Positions 1-10,778 of a DNA stretch of 64,000 nt are shown in pieces. The stretch comes from Selaginella moellendorffii (Eukaryota > Plantae > Lycopodiophyta). The notes beneath the pieces were generated by a model. It saw only the letters and a program-made list of their open reading frames with translations. It was not told where the DNA came from and did not search any database. The number at the start of each line of letters is the position of its first letter. The first letter of the stretch is position 1. A program made the translations under genes and the position numbers. The stretch is taken from assembly GCF_000143415.4 (NCBI RefSeq), contig NW_003314272.1, positions 2,195,728-2,259,727 of the forward strand, written 5' to 3'.

Positions 1-168
1 GGGATAATGAAAAGTCCCACTTTAACGAAATAAAGCATAAAGTGGTGAAGTCCTTGAGAGTTATTATAGAAACTTGTCTAAAATATTTAAACCTTGGGGA
101 AATACTCTAATAAGAGGAAAGTCAACTTGAATCCCAACGTAAAAGTTACATAAAGTCTTGAAAAAAAG

Positions 169-562
169 TGTAAGGAACCAAAGGGAATAATTTAATAAAC
201 AGTCCATTAAGGTTTAAATATAAAAGGAAATTACCTATAAACAAGACTGCACTTTTTTTTTTCCAATTGGTTGAATGTTTTAGGATATTTAAGGTTAAGC
301 ATTCTTGACTTTGAGTAGTATTAAACTAGATGACTTTTTAAAAAATTCAAATTAAAAAATTTACATTTGGTATCAGAGGGGCATTAAATCCAATTCTATT
401 CGTTAACTAAATAAAATCACATCATATATTAATTTTGACATTATATTTGGTATTTAAAAGTGTCTTATATTTAACTCTATTTAACGATCATTTAGTTTTC
501 GTTCACAAGAGTATGAATTTACAAAGAAGCATAATAGATTGTAAGTAATCAAAGGGAATGCC
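169..562 (+). mobile_element. Ancient, AT-eroded copy of the Cassandra-type TRIM (LTR 169-365, Met-i PBS 368-378, internal, truncated 3' LTR from 540)
   Basis: Collinear with the young copy at 40530-40928: TGTAAGGAACCAAAGGGAA...TTTACA, TT-TGGTATCAGAG, internal ...GTTCACAAGAGTATGAATTTACAAAGAAGC..., then TGTAAGTAATCAAAGGGAA. 294-365 aligns without gaps to 40857-40928. Confidence 0.9.
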
Positions 563-2907
563 AAAAGTTAAATTAAAAATCTTTTAAATAATGACAGAAA
601 CTCCTTTGATTATGCCATTCTCCATTAACACATTTATTGCAACTAAATTAAGTGTTAAAAAGATAGTCTCTACTCCAATACTAACCACTATGGGAATGGA
701 GGATGGAACTTCAAGCTTTATAAGAGGTGGGGGAATCTCCAAAAAATGTTAAAAGTCTTGGTAATCCACCAAAAACTGTTCTAAATTTAGTTAAGCATTT
801 GTAATGGTCTTTATAAACTCAATATATATAAATCATTTGTAAGACTTGTCATCTTTTGGTTATTACTACTTATTATAATTTTTAAATCTATTGGAAGCTA
901 AAATAAAGTCTCTAGTAAGACATATCTAAAATAGAGAGTATTGGTATTTTATAATATTCTATTGAGGTATTTACTGTGATACTAAATTATACTTCTAATG
1001 CTAAATTATCACTAAGCATTGTAACTAAAGATTCACAAGCATAATATGGTTATGTGATACAAACCTTGTTTGCTCCCAAAAAGTGTGCAAAAGTAATAGA
1101 ATTCAAATCTTAAGAGGTGGCTTTAACTATAAATTAATTTTCTTTTCTATAAAAGACTCACATAGGTGAAGAATAATGGGAGTCTTGATAGCTAAAATAT
1201 TTGTAACTAATGCTGTTATATTCGAAGTCCTAAAATTTTCATTTTTACTTGTACAACCTAAGATGGAAGAAGAGGTTGCCCTTGTACTTCTTTCTAACTT
1301 ATTTGTTCTCCTCCTAAATAGAAGTGAAACTCAAAAGAAGAAATATTATCAACAAATGTCCTCATAAAAACCCTTATAGCAAATAAATGTCGAGATCTCA
1401 ATTTAGGGACAATAAAGAATAGCTCAATAAAAAACTCAAAATAAAATCTAAATAAAGATTAAAAATGCTAGCTAAAAAATGTATAAATACATTCAAAACC
1501 TCATAAAAACAACATAAGGAGAGAAAAGTGATAAGATCTTTATAAAAAAGCACCAAAATTGCTTAAAAGAAAATTGTCATCAAGATCTCTTTAAAAGTGA
1601 AGAAAAAGATCCAAGAGAGTGCCTTAAAAATTGCAAGACAAAGAGAAAGAATTATTCAAAAACCATGATAATAAAAGCTAAATAAAATCTTCTAGAAGAA
1701 AGATTAAATGATGCAAGAAGACACTTGTTGGAAACCTCAAAGATGGATCATTCAAATGCAACAAAGAAAATTAGAAAAGGTAACTTATAGTGAACGTGAT
1801 AAACTTGCAATTATACCTTGGTGGACATCAAAATGAAATTCTCCTTTCTTGTCACAATCCTTGTACTAAATCTAAAGATTTTTTATTCCAAACAATAGAG
1901 AATAACAAGATTTACAAACCCATCCATTCAATTTGCCAACAAGAAGATAAATAAATCATAATAATAAGATTTGCAGTCATGAGTAAAGCCAAAGAAAAGT
2001 AAAAAACAATAAAGGAAATTCACTCATGCAAAGAATCCCTAAGGAAGAAAATTGTACTCAAATGTCTCTTAATCTAACCCAAAATAAAAAAAGAAAAACA
2101 TAAGTTACCTAAGACCAGTCCCTCAATATTTCTAGATGATAGCTTACTGTGTCTGCCAAACACCCTCATTATCATGCCTTTTGTGTTAGTTTCATTTCGA
2201 TCCTAAATGCTATTTATGGACAGTGTTTAAATTTGCTCATTTGGCATATTTACAAAATGTAGAGATTGTACTAAACATAATGGTGTTCATCCCGTACATC
2301 CTACTGCACGACTTACTCTTAGTGTGCTCAAACAGAATAAGACAATTCAAGCAAAGATGCAAGTATGAATGAATATGAGAAGAAAGGTATATTGCTTTAG
2401 ATGGAAAGAATATTCTTAGATGATGTTGGGCCAATTAGGAGTATAATTGTTCATAGTGGGTAGCACAAGTGAAAACACATCACATGTGGCAGAGCTGGCC
2501 TACCAACTAATTCAACCTACTATAGGACTACAGTGCAACCATCAAATCAAGGAACTCCATCTAAGAGTTTTGGGATGAAGCAATAGCAGTGGAATTTGGA
2601 CATTCTAATGCAAAAACTAGACAAGATCAGGCACCCATACATCAAGTTGAACGATTCACCTAAGTCAGAGAAAAGAGCACTCTCACGGTCAAGATTTCGT
2701 AAGGCAATCTGTACAAAGCCGGTAAAACTTTCTGCAAGTTACTACCTAAAAAGCTCTTTCCTGACAAAGATCACGACATTTTCAAAAAATTTGAAGCAAA
2801 GATAGACCTGGACGCTATTTGAAGTGTGATTGAAAAAAATGAATGATTTCCATTTCCAAGTATGCTTGCAAGAACAATTGCAGCGACAAAACTTACCTGT
2901 CGAAGTT

Positions 2908-4311
2908 TCACTCGAAAACCCTGTCTCCGCTGGCGTATTTACAAAACACTGCGGCGCTGAAGACACAGAGAACCGCCGGAAGCCCGAAGACGAGCCTCCA
3001 GCTGCCAAGATCCGCCGGCCCATGGCTGGACGATTGCAGAATCCATCCCGTCAGGTTGACACCAACAATCCCCGCAAAAGTCCCAGCAGTGTTGGAGATC
3101 CCCATGACGATCCCAGCGTACCTGGGAGCTATGTCCATGTGGTTGACAGCAAAGCCAGCTCGTCCCAGCGCCAAGGATCCCAGTATCACCGACGAGCAAA
3201 CTATCGCGCTCTGGACGGAAGAGATCTTCGGCATGATTCCCAGCCCAGCAGCAGCAACCACAAACCCCACGCCGTTGATCCACTTCCTGGTGTGAGCTAC
3301 GTTCATGATCTTCCGGGTCACGAAGTAGTCCGCCACCAGTCCCCCCACATTGGACATGACGAACATCACCACGTATGGCATCGTCTTGGAGGCTCCCATG
3401 TGTTGCAAGCCGACGTGAAGGCCCTGATCGAAGTACGTCGGCAACCAGCTCATGAGGACGTAGAGAACGTAGTGGAACGTATAGTTGTTGACGACGATCG
3501 CCCACACCGGCAAGCTCTGGAGGATCTTCTTCCAAGGAATGTGGGTTCTTGATCGAGCAGCAGTAGCAGCAGCAGCAGCGGAAATCTCTAGCCCGCCAAC
3601 CTTCTTCCAGTTCTCTTTCGTAGCAGCCGCCAGCAATCCATTCTCCTCGCCAGCCTTCACGGAATGGATGCTCTTGAGCTCGATGTCCGCCGGAGCTCCA
3701 AACCCCGCCGCCGAGGCCTTTGGATGCTCCGAGAGTGGCGGATCGATCGAGTAGAAGTGCCAGAAGATCGCCCAAGTGAGGCCCATGAGAGCTTCCATCA
3801 CGTAGACCGCCCGGGGGCCGCTCCAATGGACGAGCTCCGGGAGGAAGAGCATCCCAAACGCGGCCCCGAGATACATCCCCGACGTGGTGAGAGAGACCGA
3901 CCTGGATCGCTCGTGAGGGGGAACCCACTGCGCCAGGACGGTGTGGACCGATGGGATGATGAATCCCTGCGCGACACCTACGAGCACCCGGATCAAGATT
4001 ATCACGGCGCTGTTGTGGCGCGGATCGATGGGCGTCGCGATGCACGCCAGCGTCCACGCGAAGAATGACCAGAGGAGGACCCTGCGGCCGCCGATGCGCT
4101 GCGCGACCCAGCCCCCCGGGACCTGGGAGATGGAGTAGCCGTAGAAGAAGGCCGAGAGGAGATTACCCTTGGATTTCTGCGTGATCCCGGCGGAATTGGC
4201 CGCGGCCGTGTAGGCGATGGAGAATCCCGTGCGCTCCACATAGCACACGGCCGTGCACACGAAGGTGAGCAGCACGATGATCCGGCGCTGGGGCCATTTC
4301 GACGACGCCAT
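2908..4311 (-). CDS. MFS anion/phosphate transporter, SLC17/PHT4 family (PHT4;6-like), intronless, 467 aa
   Basis: Multiple TM helices; motifs CYVERTGFSIA, GYSISQVPGGWVAQRIGGR, QWVPPHERSR, VNHMDIAPRYAGIVMGISNTAGT typical of plant PHT4. Confidence 0.92.
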   Translation of the reverse strand: MASSKWPQRRIIVLLTFVCTAVCYVERTGFSIAYTAAANSAGITQKSKGNLLSAFFYGYSISQVPGGWVAQRIGGRRVLLWSFFAWTLACIATPIDPRHNSAVIILIRVLVGVAQGFIIPSVHTVLAQWVPPHERSRSVSLTTSGMYLGAAFGMLFLPELVHWSGPRAVYVMEALMGLTWAIFWHFYSIDPPLSEHPKASAAGFGAPADIELKSIHSVKAGEENGLLAAATKENWKKVGGLEISAAAAATAARSRTHIPWKKILQSLPVWAIVVNNYTFHYVLYVLMSWLPTYFDQGLHVGLQHMGASKTMPYVVMFVMSNVGGLVADYFVTRKIMNVAHTRKWINGVGFVVAAAGLGIMPKISSVQSAIVCSSVILGSLALGRAGFAVNHMDIAPRYAGIVMGISNTAGTFAGIVGVNLTGWILQSSSHGPADLGSWRLVFGLPAVLCVFSAAVFCKYASGDRVFE

Positions 4312-4573
4312 GCTTACATTTCCTTGCGGAATCTCTCCCGATCTGAGCGCCTTGCCTGGATCTACCTAGAATGAGGAATGCATTGGCGCTGTGATCCGTC
4401 CGCCATAGCCGAGCTTTCTCTCGATGTTTTAGGGTTTGACTTTGAAATAAATATGACGTGGATGCCACGTGCTAGACAGGTCACCCGCCACGCTGGCTAC
4501 GCGCCAAAACTGTGGTTTAAACGAAAGGGCATTGCATTTTTAGGGCGGAAGCGTTTTGTTGAAGAGGGCGGCG

Positions 4574-5814
4574 ATGAGGCGATCCCATGTAAGTGTCTCT
4601 CTTGGAAAGATCTCACGGCTTCTCTCAGCCGCCTGGAAGGGCTAAGCTCAAATCGCTCAAATCTGGAGTGTCCAAGTCCTGGAAGAATGCAATGTGTCGC
4701 GTCATCGTCCTCGTCTTGGTCGATCTGTTGATGTTGTCAAGACAAACAAAGGGAAGTCTTTCTGATTTCTTTTCTGGAGCTCCAGGCTTACGATCCAGTT
4801 GCTTGCTCTACATTCCAAGCGAGTCCGTATGGATGTGAGTTCACAGAAGATGTTGCGCTTCTGTCTTTCTCACTGTGAATTTCCTTTGTTTTTTTTGCTG
4901 TTCTTCAGTGACCATTCCTGACATCAAGCGAAGGTTTTGCATCACCCATGCTGTAAAGAGATACTTTCCTCAAGGGCATCACGACAATTTTGCCGACAGT
5001 GGAGTGGGTATCAAATTTCTCCTCTTTGAAAGTTTATTTTGTTCTTAAGCAGAACCTCCTTTTTGTTTTTCTTTCTATGTGTTTAGTGTCGTATCCGAGA
5101 TTCGTCGCCGCCAAAGAGAACATCCGGGAAGCACATAATTTCTGGTCCCCATCGCTGTTCCGGTAAGTTAAGTTCGGTAACGTAAAATTTCCATGATCTT
5201 GAAAATTTTCTCTGCAGTGACGCAGCGGAACGTGATAAATGGAACAATTGATGCCAATGATTTGGTGCGCCGGCCAAACAGACGAGGACCCCAGCAGCTA
5301 TTCCCGATTTCTCACTACAACGAAGACATCGTTGCCGGGAGATTTCATCCGAAAGAGACGGTACGCTGCCTAAGTTCTTCCAGACCCGTTTTTGTGACGA
5401 GGGTCTCTCCAGAAATGGGATCGGAAGCTCACGCTTGGCTACCCCGCGTTTGATCGAGAAGAAGTTCGTGAGAACTTGGTGAGAGGTAAACAGGTATGCT
5501 ACCAGAGCTTCCTCGTCCTTTTCCATTTTGTTTCTGCGATGCTTCTCGTTCCTAGATTTGACTGATTGTTTCCAATCTCTCGCCTCGTTTGGACAGGCCT
5601 CGCGTGAACACGCCGCTCACAGGCAGCGGACGCACGCAGTATTGACAGAGTACCTGTATGATGCCAAAGACAGAGCCGGCGACGTTTTCAACAAAGACGA
5701 ATTCACCGGCAGACGCGTAAGTTCTTGACTGGATCATTGTTCTCCTTGTCTCATGGGATTGATTCATAAAAGAAATACTATTTTTTGCAGCAACTATGGG
5801 CTTCTACACATTGA
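4574..5814 (+). CDS. Probable multi-exon gene of unknown function
   Basis: GT-AG-bounded exons (about 4786-4834, 4909-5003, 5087-5162, 5218-5360, 5412-5493, 5597-5716, 5791-5814) splice into one open frame (...KRYFPQGHHDNFADSG-CRIRDSSPPKRTSGKHII...HPKET-KWDRKLTLGYPAFDREEVRENLVRGKQ-ASREHAAHRQR...GRR-QLWASTH*). The 5' exons and start are uncertain. Confidence 0.5.
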
Positions 5815-6640
5815 GAGTTTCAAAGTCATCCATCGATTTGCCACGAGATAAACGCTACACTCGTCTCATCGATCTACAATGTAGATTCTCTAGGTTGCTT
5901 TTTCTATGTTGTGAATATACCTGAATCTGCCACGTGGTTGGTCCGCATTCCCCCGCCGGGGTTCGTACAATATTCCGTCGATTGGTCCTCTTCTTTGCAA
6001 GTGTAGACTTTTAGGGTTCTTTATTTTCTTTGCCAATGCGATGCGATCACTGTGGCGACAGCGGCAATCTTCCATCCTCCCGGCGTCCGATGCGCTCGAT
6101 CCGATCACGCCACAGCAGCAGCAACAGCGTCAGCGCTCCTTGATCCGATTCTCTCACGTCTCATCGCATTTGCGCATTCTCTCCCTTGCGCCAAGCCAGG
6201 ACGCCCGTCTGTAAGTCGTGCGTGCCAGGGTGCCGGCGCATCGGATTTTTTCCAGGTTTTTTCCAGGCAAGTCGGACATGTCCCCTTCTTTCGCATTTCC
6301 CTAGTCATATATATTTTTTAGTGTCTCGGACCTTGTCATTTCCCCGGCAACTAGAGATTCCTTGCTCCATTTGCATAGTCCTTTTCCCTGGCACTACTTT
6401 ATCGCCTAGTGGTTTGATATCTCTCCCTGTCGCCGGGTTGGCAGTGTTTGCGAGCAACTTCCACTTGCCTTCCCGGTGATTGGGTCCTAGTTGGATCTTC
6501 TTAGCTAGCATTAGGTAGTTTGATTCCCAAGCAAGCACGCATCTATTTTTCTGCGGTTTTCGCGTTTTTTTTACATTGTGGGCGAGCTTAAATTCTCGTT
6601 TCCTTACACTAAGATGTTGCCCTCTTCCAGGAGTCCTAGC

Positions 6641-6683
6641 TAGCGAGCGAGAGCGAGAGCGAGAGCGAGCAAGCGAGCGAGCA
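6641..6683 (+). repeat. (AGCG/AGCGAG)n microsatellite in the 5' UTR of the AAA ATPase gene
   Basis: tagcgagcgagagcgagagcgagagcgagcaagcgagcgagcag. Confidence 0.7.
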
Positions 6684-6733
6684 GCTGCTACGACTGCTGC
6701 TCGACGCAGCCGGTGCTGTTTAGCTGAGGAACA

Positions 6734-9700
6734 ATGGAGCAGAAGTATGTCATGTGGTCGACCATCGGACTTGGGCTTGGTGTGGGGCTCGGACTCGGCC
6801 TTGCTCGTTCGAAGTCTTCCCCGAATGTGGGCTCTGCTGGAAGGCAGCTGCAGCAGCCGGATGTCTTAGAGCTGGAGCTCTTGAGCCAGATAATTGATGG
6901 GAAGGACAGTGGCGCTACTTTCGACGAGTTCCCTTACTATCTCAAGTATGTATCACTTGTGTTGGACCTTTGCTTGAGTTGTAATTTGTGTTGACTCTCT
7001 CGTTGCGTGACTTGTTGGTGTTTTGCAGTGAGCAGACGCGAGTTCTTCTTACGAATGCTGCCTACGTTCACCTCAAGCAAAGGGAGTTCTCCAAGTATAC
7101 GCGAAATCTCTCACCAGCGAGTCGGACAATACTCCTGACTGGGCCGGCAGGTAAGACTTCCGTTTTTCTCCTCTTTTCCCTTGAGTGCCAACACGCTTTT
7201 GTACTTGGAGGTGCCGAGGCCTACCAGCAGATGCTTGCGAGGGCTCTGGCTCACTATTTCGAAGCTAAACTCTTACTCCTTGACGTTTCCGACTTCGTCT
7301 CCAAGGTACCAAGCTCTTCTTTATAGACGAGAATATTCAAGCAAAATGTGGATGTTTCAGGTTCAGAAAAAGCACGGCGATGTGAAATTTTCTTCTGAGG
7401 TATAGCTTTTTGTGGTTCCCCATTTTTGAATCTGATAATTATTGTCTGGTTCACAGCCATTGCCTGAGGTTTTGTTTCGAACTGTAAGCCAGTTCGCCAG
7501 TAACGTCGGAAGCTTAGCAACACAAATCACAAGGTCATCAGGCGAAAATGCCTCAGATTCTCAAAGGTCTTCATTTTCTTCTTTTCCCGGGAAAATTATT
7601 CACATGCGTGTTTATACAGTAATACATCTCCTAGCAAAAGTCCAGAAAATCTCTCTAAGTCGGGAAAAGCTCCAGAAGGTCGGACATGCATTCCACATTT
7701 TTTATATGGCAGCCTAATGTTTTGTTCTCTTGCAGCCTTGCCTTTGCGTCGGAGTAATTCCTTGGGACTATTTGAGGAGAAGTCACTGTTTAATGCATTG
7801 TTCAAGGTTTGCATACATAATGAATGCTGTTGCAAATGTTGTAACTTCTTCTACAGGTTCTCGCATCCGTTTCTGGGTCCAGTCCGATCGTCCTCTACTT
7901 GCGTGACGTAGAGAGACTTGTGTCGAGAGGCCCAAAGACATACTCTCTGTTCTTGAAACGTTTGAAGAAGCTTTCAGGCCCAATTTTAGTGTTGGGATCA
8001 AGGATAATGCAAACTAAGGTACAAGTCGTTTGTATGTGTTCTTCTGCATCTAAAGCGTTTCCGGCAGGACTCTGAAAGTGTAAATGAGAAGTTGGAGCAC
8101 CTGTTTTCATACACCATCAACATTAAACCTCCCGAAGACAATGCAGTTCTTGTCAGCTGGAGAAGTCAGCTAGAAGAAGACATGAAAACTATTCAAGCTC
8201 AAGACAACCGAAATCACATTTTAGAGGTAATAACGTAATGAGGCTAAATATGCAAACCAGAATCATTCCCTGTCCAGGTTCTCGGTTCGAATGACGTAGA
8301 GTGTGACGACCTTGGATCCATTTGCTTCAGTGACACGATGCTTCTTAGTAACTGTAAGCTGAAAGAGTCTCTTTGCCTTCTCTCATAAGAATGTCTTTGA
8401 TTTTTTTAGACATTGAAGAAATATTGGTTTCGGCGATTTCCCATCATCTAATGAACACAGAGCAACCAGATTATCGCTCAGGAAGGCTTGTAATTTCTTC
8501 TAAAAGGTTGGTTTTTCTTTTAGTTTCTGACGTTTCAGTTTTAACGTTGAAATATATGTCCAGTCTTGCTTATGGCCTAGAATTATTTCAAGCTGGGCAG
8601 CTTGACAGCAACGAGGCTAAATTACAAGCAGAAACAAAGGTGGAGACTTCGAAGGTTCGTGTTTCTCAAATTTTATGGAAAGTTAGCTCACTCGTGTTAC
8701 AGCCGGAAGCTCAGGAAACAGTCACCAGAGGGAATGCGGACGTCAAAACAGATGTTCCTGTTGCGGAGGCGAAAACCGAAGTTTCAAAGCCTGAAGGACC
8801 CAAGCCAGACAACGAAAAGAAATCATCTGATACAACGAAGCCTGCTCCCGTTACCACAAAAGCAGTAAGATAGTTCGATGTTATGAACTGATGCCTGAAA
8901 ATGTTGTTCCTTGTAACAGGACGTCCCTCCAGATAATGAATTTGAAAAGAGAATCAGACCAGAGGTTATTCCAGCTGGAGAAGTTGGAGTGAACTTCCAA
9001 GATATTGGTGCTCTTGACAACGTTAAAGAGTCGTTGCAAGAGCTTGTGATGCTACCATTGCGAAGGCCCGAGTTGTTCAACAAGGGTGGCTTGATTAAGG
9101 TACATCTAAAAGGGAAGAGGAAGAGCATACTAAATTTTTTTATGCCTTTATCAGCCTTGCAGAGGCATTCTTTTGTTTGGTCCCCCAGGAACTGGGAAAA
9201 CCATGCTTGCAAAAGCTGTTGCAACGGAAGCCGGCGCTAGCTTCATCAATGTCTCAATGTCTTCCATAACATCAAAGGTAAAGTAGCAAGGCATCTTAAA
9301 TTGGAGCTCCAGAAATGACGTGATATTTTTGACTTGCAGTGGTTTGGTGAAGATGAAAAGAATGTACGGGCTTTGTTTACGCTTGCTGCAAAAGTAGCAC
9401 CTACGATCGTCTTCATTGATGAAGTATGTGTTCTATCAAGTTGCTTCCACTTTTACCGAAGAAAGATGCTATTGTGCAGGTTGATAGTATGCTTGGCCAA
9501 CGATCTCGTGTGGGAGAGCACGAGGCAATGCGAAAGATAAAGAACGAATTTATGGCGCATTGGGATGGACTCTTGACCAAGGGTGCTGAGCGTGTCCTCG
9601 TTCTGGCTGCAACAAATCGTCCATTTGATTTGGACGAAGCAATCATCCGAAGATTCGAGCGAAGGTATCCGTTTGCTTTTTGAACGCTGAATTTTCTGAC

Positions 9701-10416
9701 TGACTTGAACTTGACTCTTGTGCAGAATCATGGTTGGTTTACCAGACGTGCAAAATCGCGAGAAAATCCTACGGGCGATTCTTTCGAAGGAACATCTATC
9801 AAGTGACTTTGATTTTCCGGAGCTTGCCAACATGACCGATGGATATTCCGGAAGCGACCTGAAGGTACCAGTCCATATTTCAAATTTTCTTTTCCTTTGA
9901 GATGATTCACAAGGACAAGTCTTCCAGAACCTTTGCATGGCGGCTGCGTATCGACCCGTACGTGATTTGCTGAAGAAAGAGAAAGAGAAGAAAGAAAAAG
10001 CAGTAAGCTGTCCCTCTCTCCACATTGCGCTTTCTCCCAGTTCTAAAGTCTTGGTCTTTTCTTTCCTAGAAGAAAAAGAAACGCTCCTCCAAGGAAGAAA
10101 GCGAAGCTACTTCCAAAAGCGACAAGGAAGAAGCAGCGGCCAAAGGAGGACCAGCGCCGCCACCAACAGATGCAAAAACAGCCGACGATCTGTCTCTCAG
10201 GCCACTCAACATGGACGACATGAAAGAGGCCAGGAAACAGGCAAGCCCAATCTTTTCTCAAGTTGCATGAAACCTTTCGTTCTTACTCCCTCTACTTCCC
10301 AGGTCTCTGCCAGCTTCTCCGCCGAAGGAGCGGGCATGTCCGAGCTCCAAGAATGGAACGAGCTCTACGGCGAGGGTGGATCTCGCAAGAAGCAGCAGCT
10401 CTCTTACTTCATGTAA
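6734..10416 (+). CDS. Membrane-anchored AAA+ ATPase (MSP1/ATAD1-like plant family), multi-exon
   Basis: N-terminal [11 protein letters not shown] anchor; Walker A GPPGTGKT (about 9180), Walker [29 protein letters not shown]-terminal [20 protein letters not shown]. Confidence 0.93.
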
Positions 10417-10778
10417 GGCCACCACGGCGCAACAACACTACCTTTACAACACGGTACTAGACAACACAACGATTACTGCCATTATACAACAGCAACGATT
10501 ATACTACTATAACGATACTATTTGACAACCACAACACTAACAGGAATGGGTTGTAACACTTACAACCGATGGATTGGATACTTCCATATACTTCTAGTCA
10601 TTCGTAGCGGTAGCTAGCTCAGCTACATAACAATTCTTTACTTTCATGCGTGGAAGCAGCTCAAAGCACTTGTACAGTCTATATAGAACACCGATTCTTT
10701 ATACACCATGTGATTGTTATTTTTTCTCTCCAAGAAACTAGGAACCAAGCGAGAGAAACTAAAAGAATGCGTTGTAGT

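Noticed and set aside
563-2700. AT-rich region with short ORFs (1176-1367, 2237-2434)
   Set aside because: Probably eroded TE/pseudogene DNA, but no diagnostic motif or terminus was identified.
2830-4241. Long antisense/alternative-frame ORFs over the PHT4 gene (likewise over the PPR, NPC, BUD13 and TDT genes)
   Set aside because: Shadow ORFs caused by high GC3 codon bias; no protein-like motifs.
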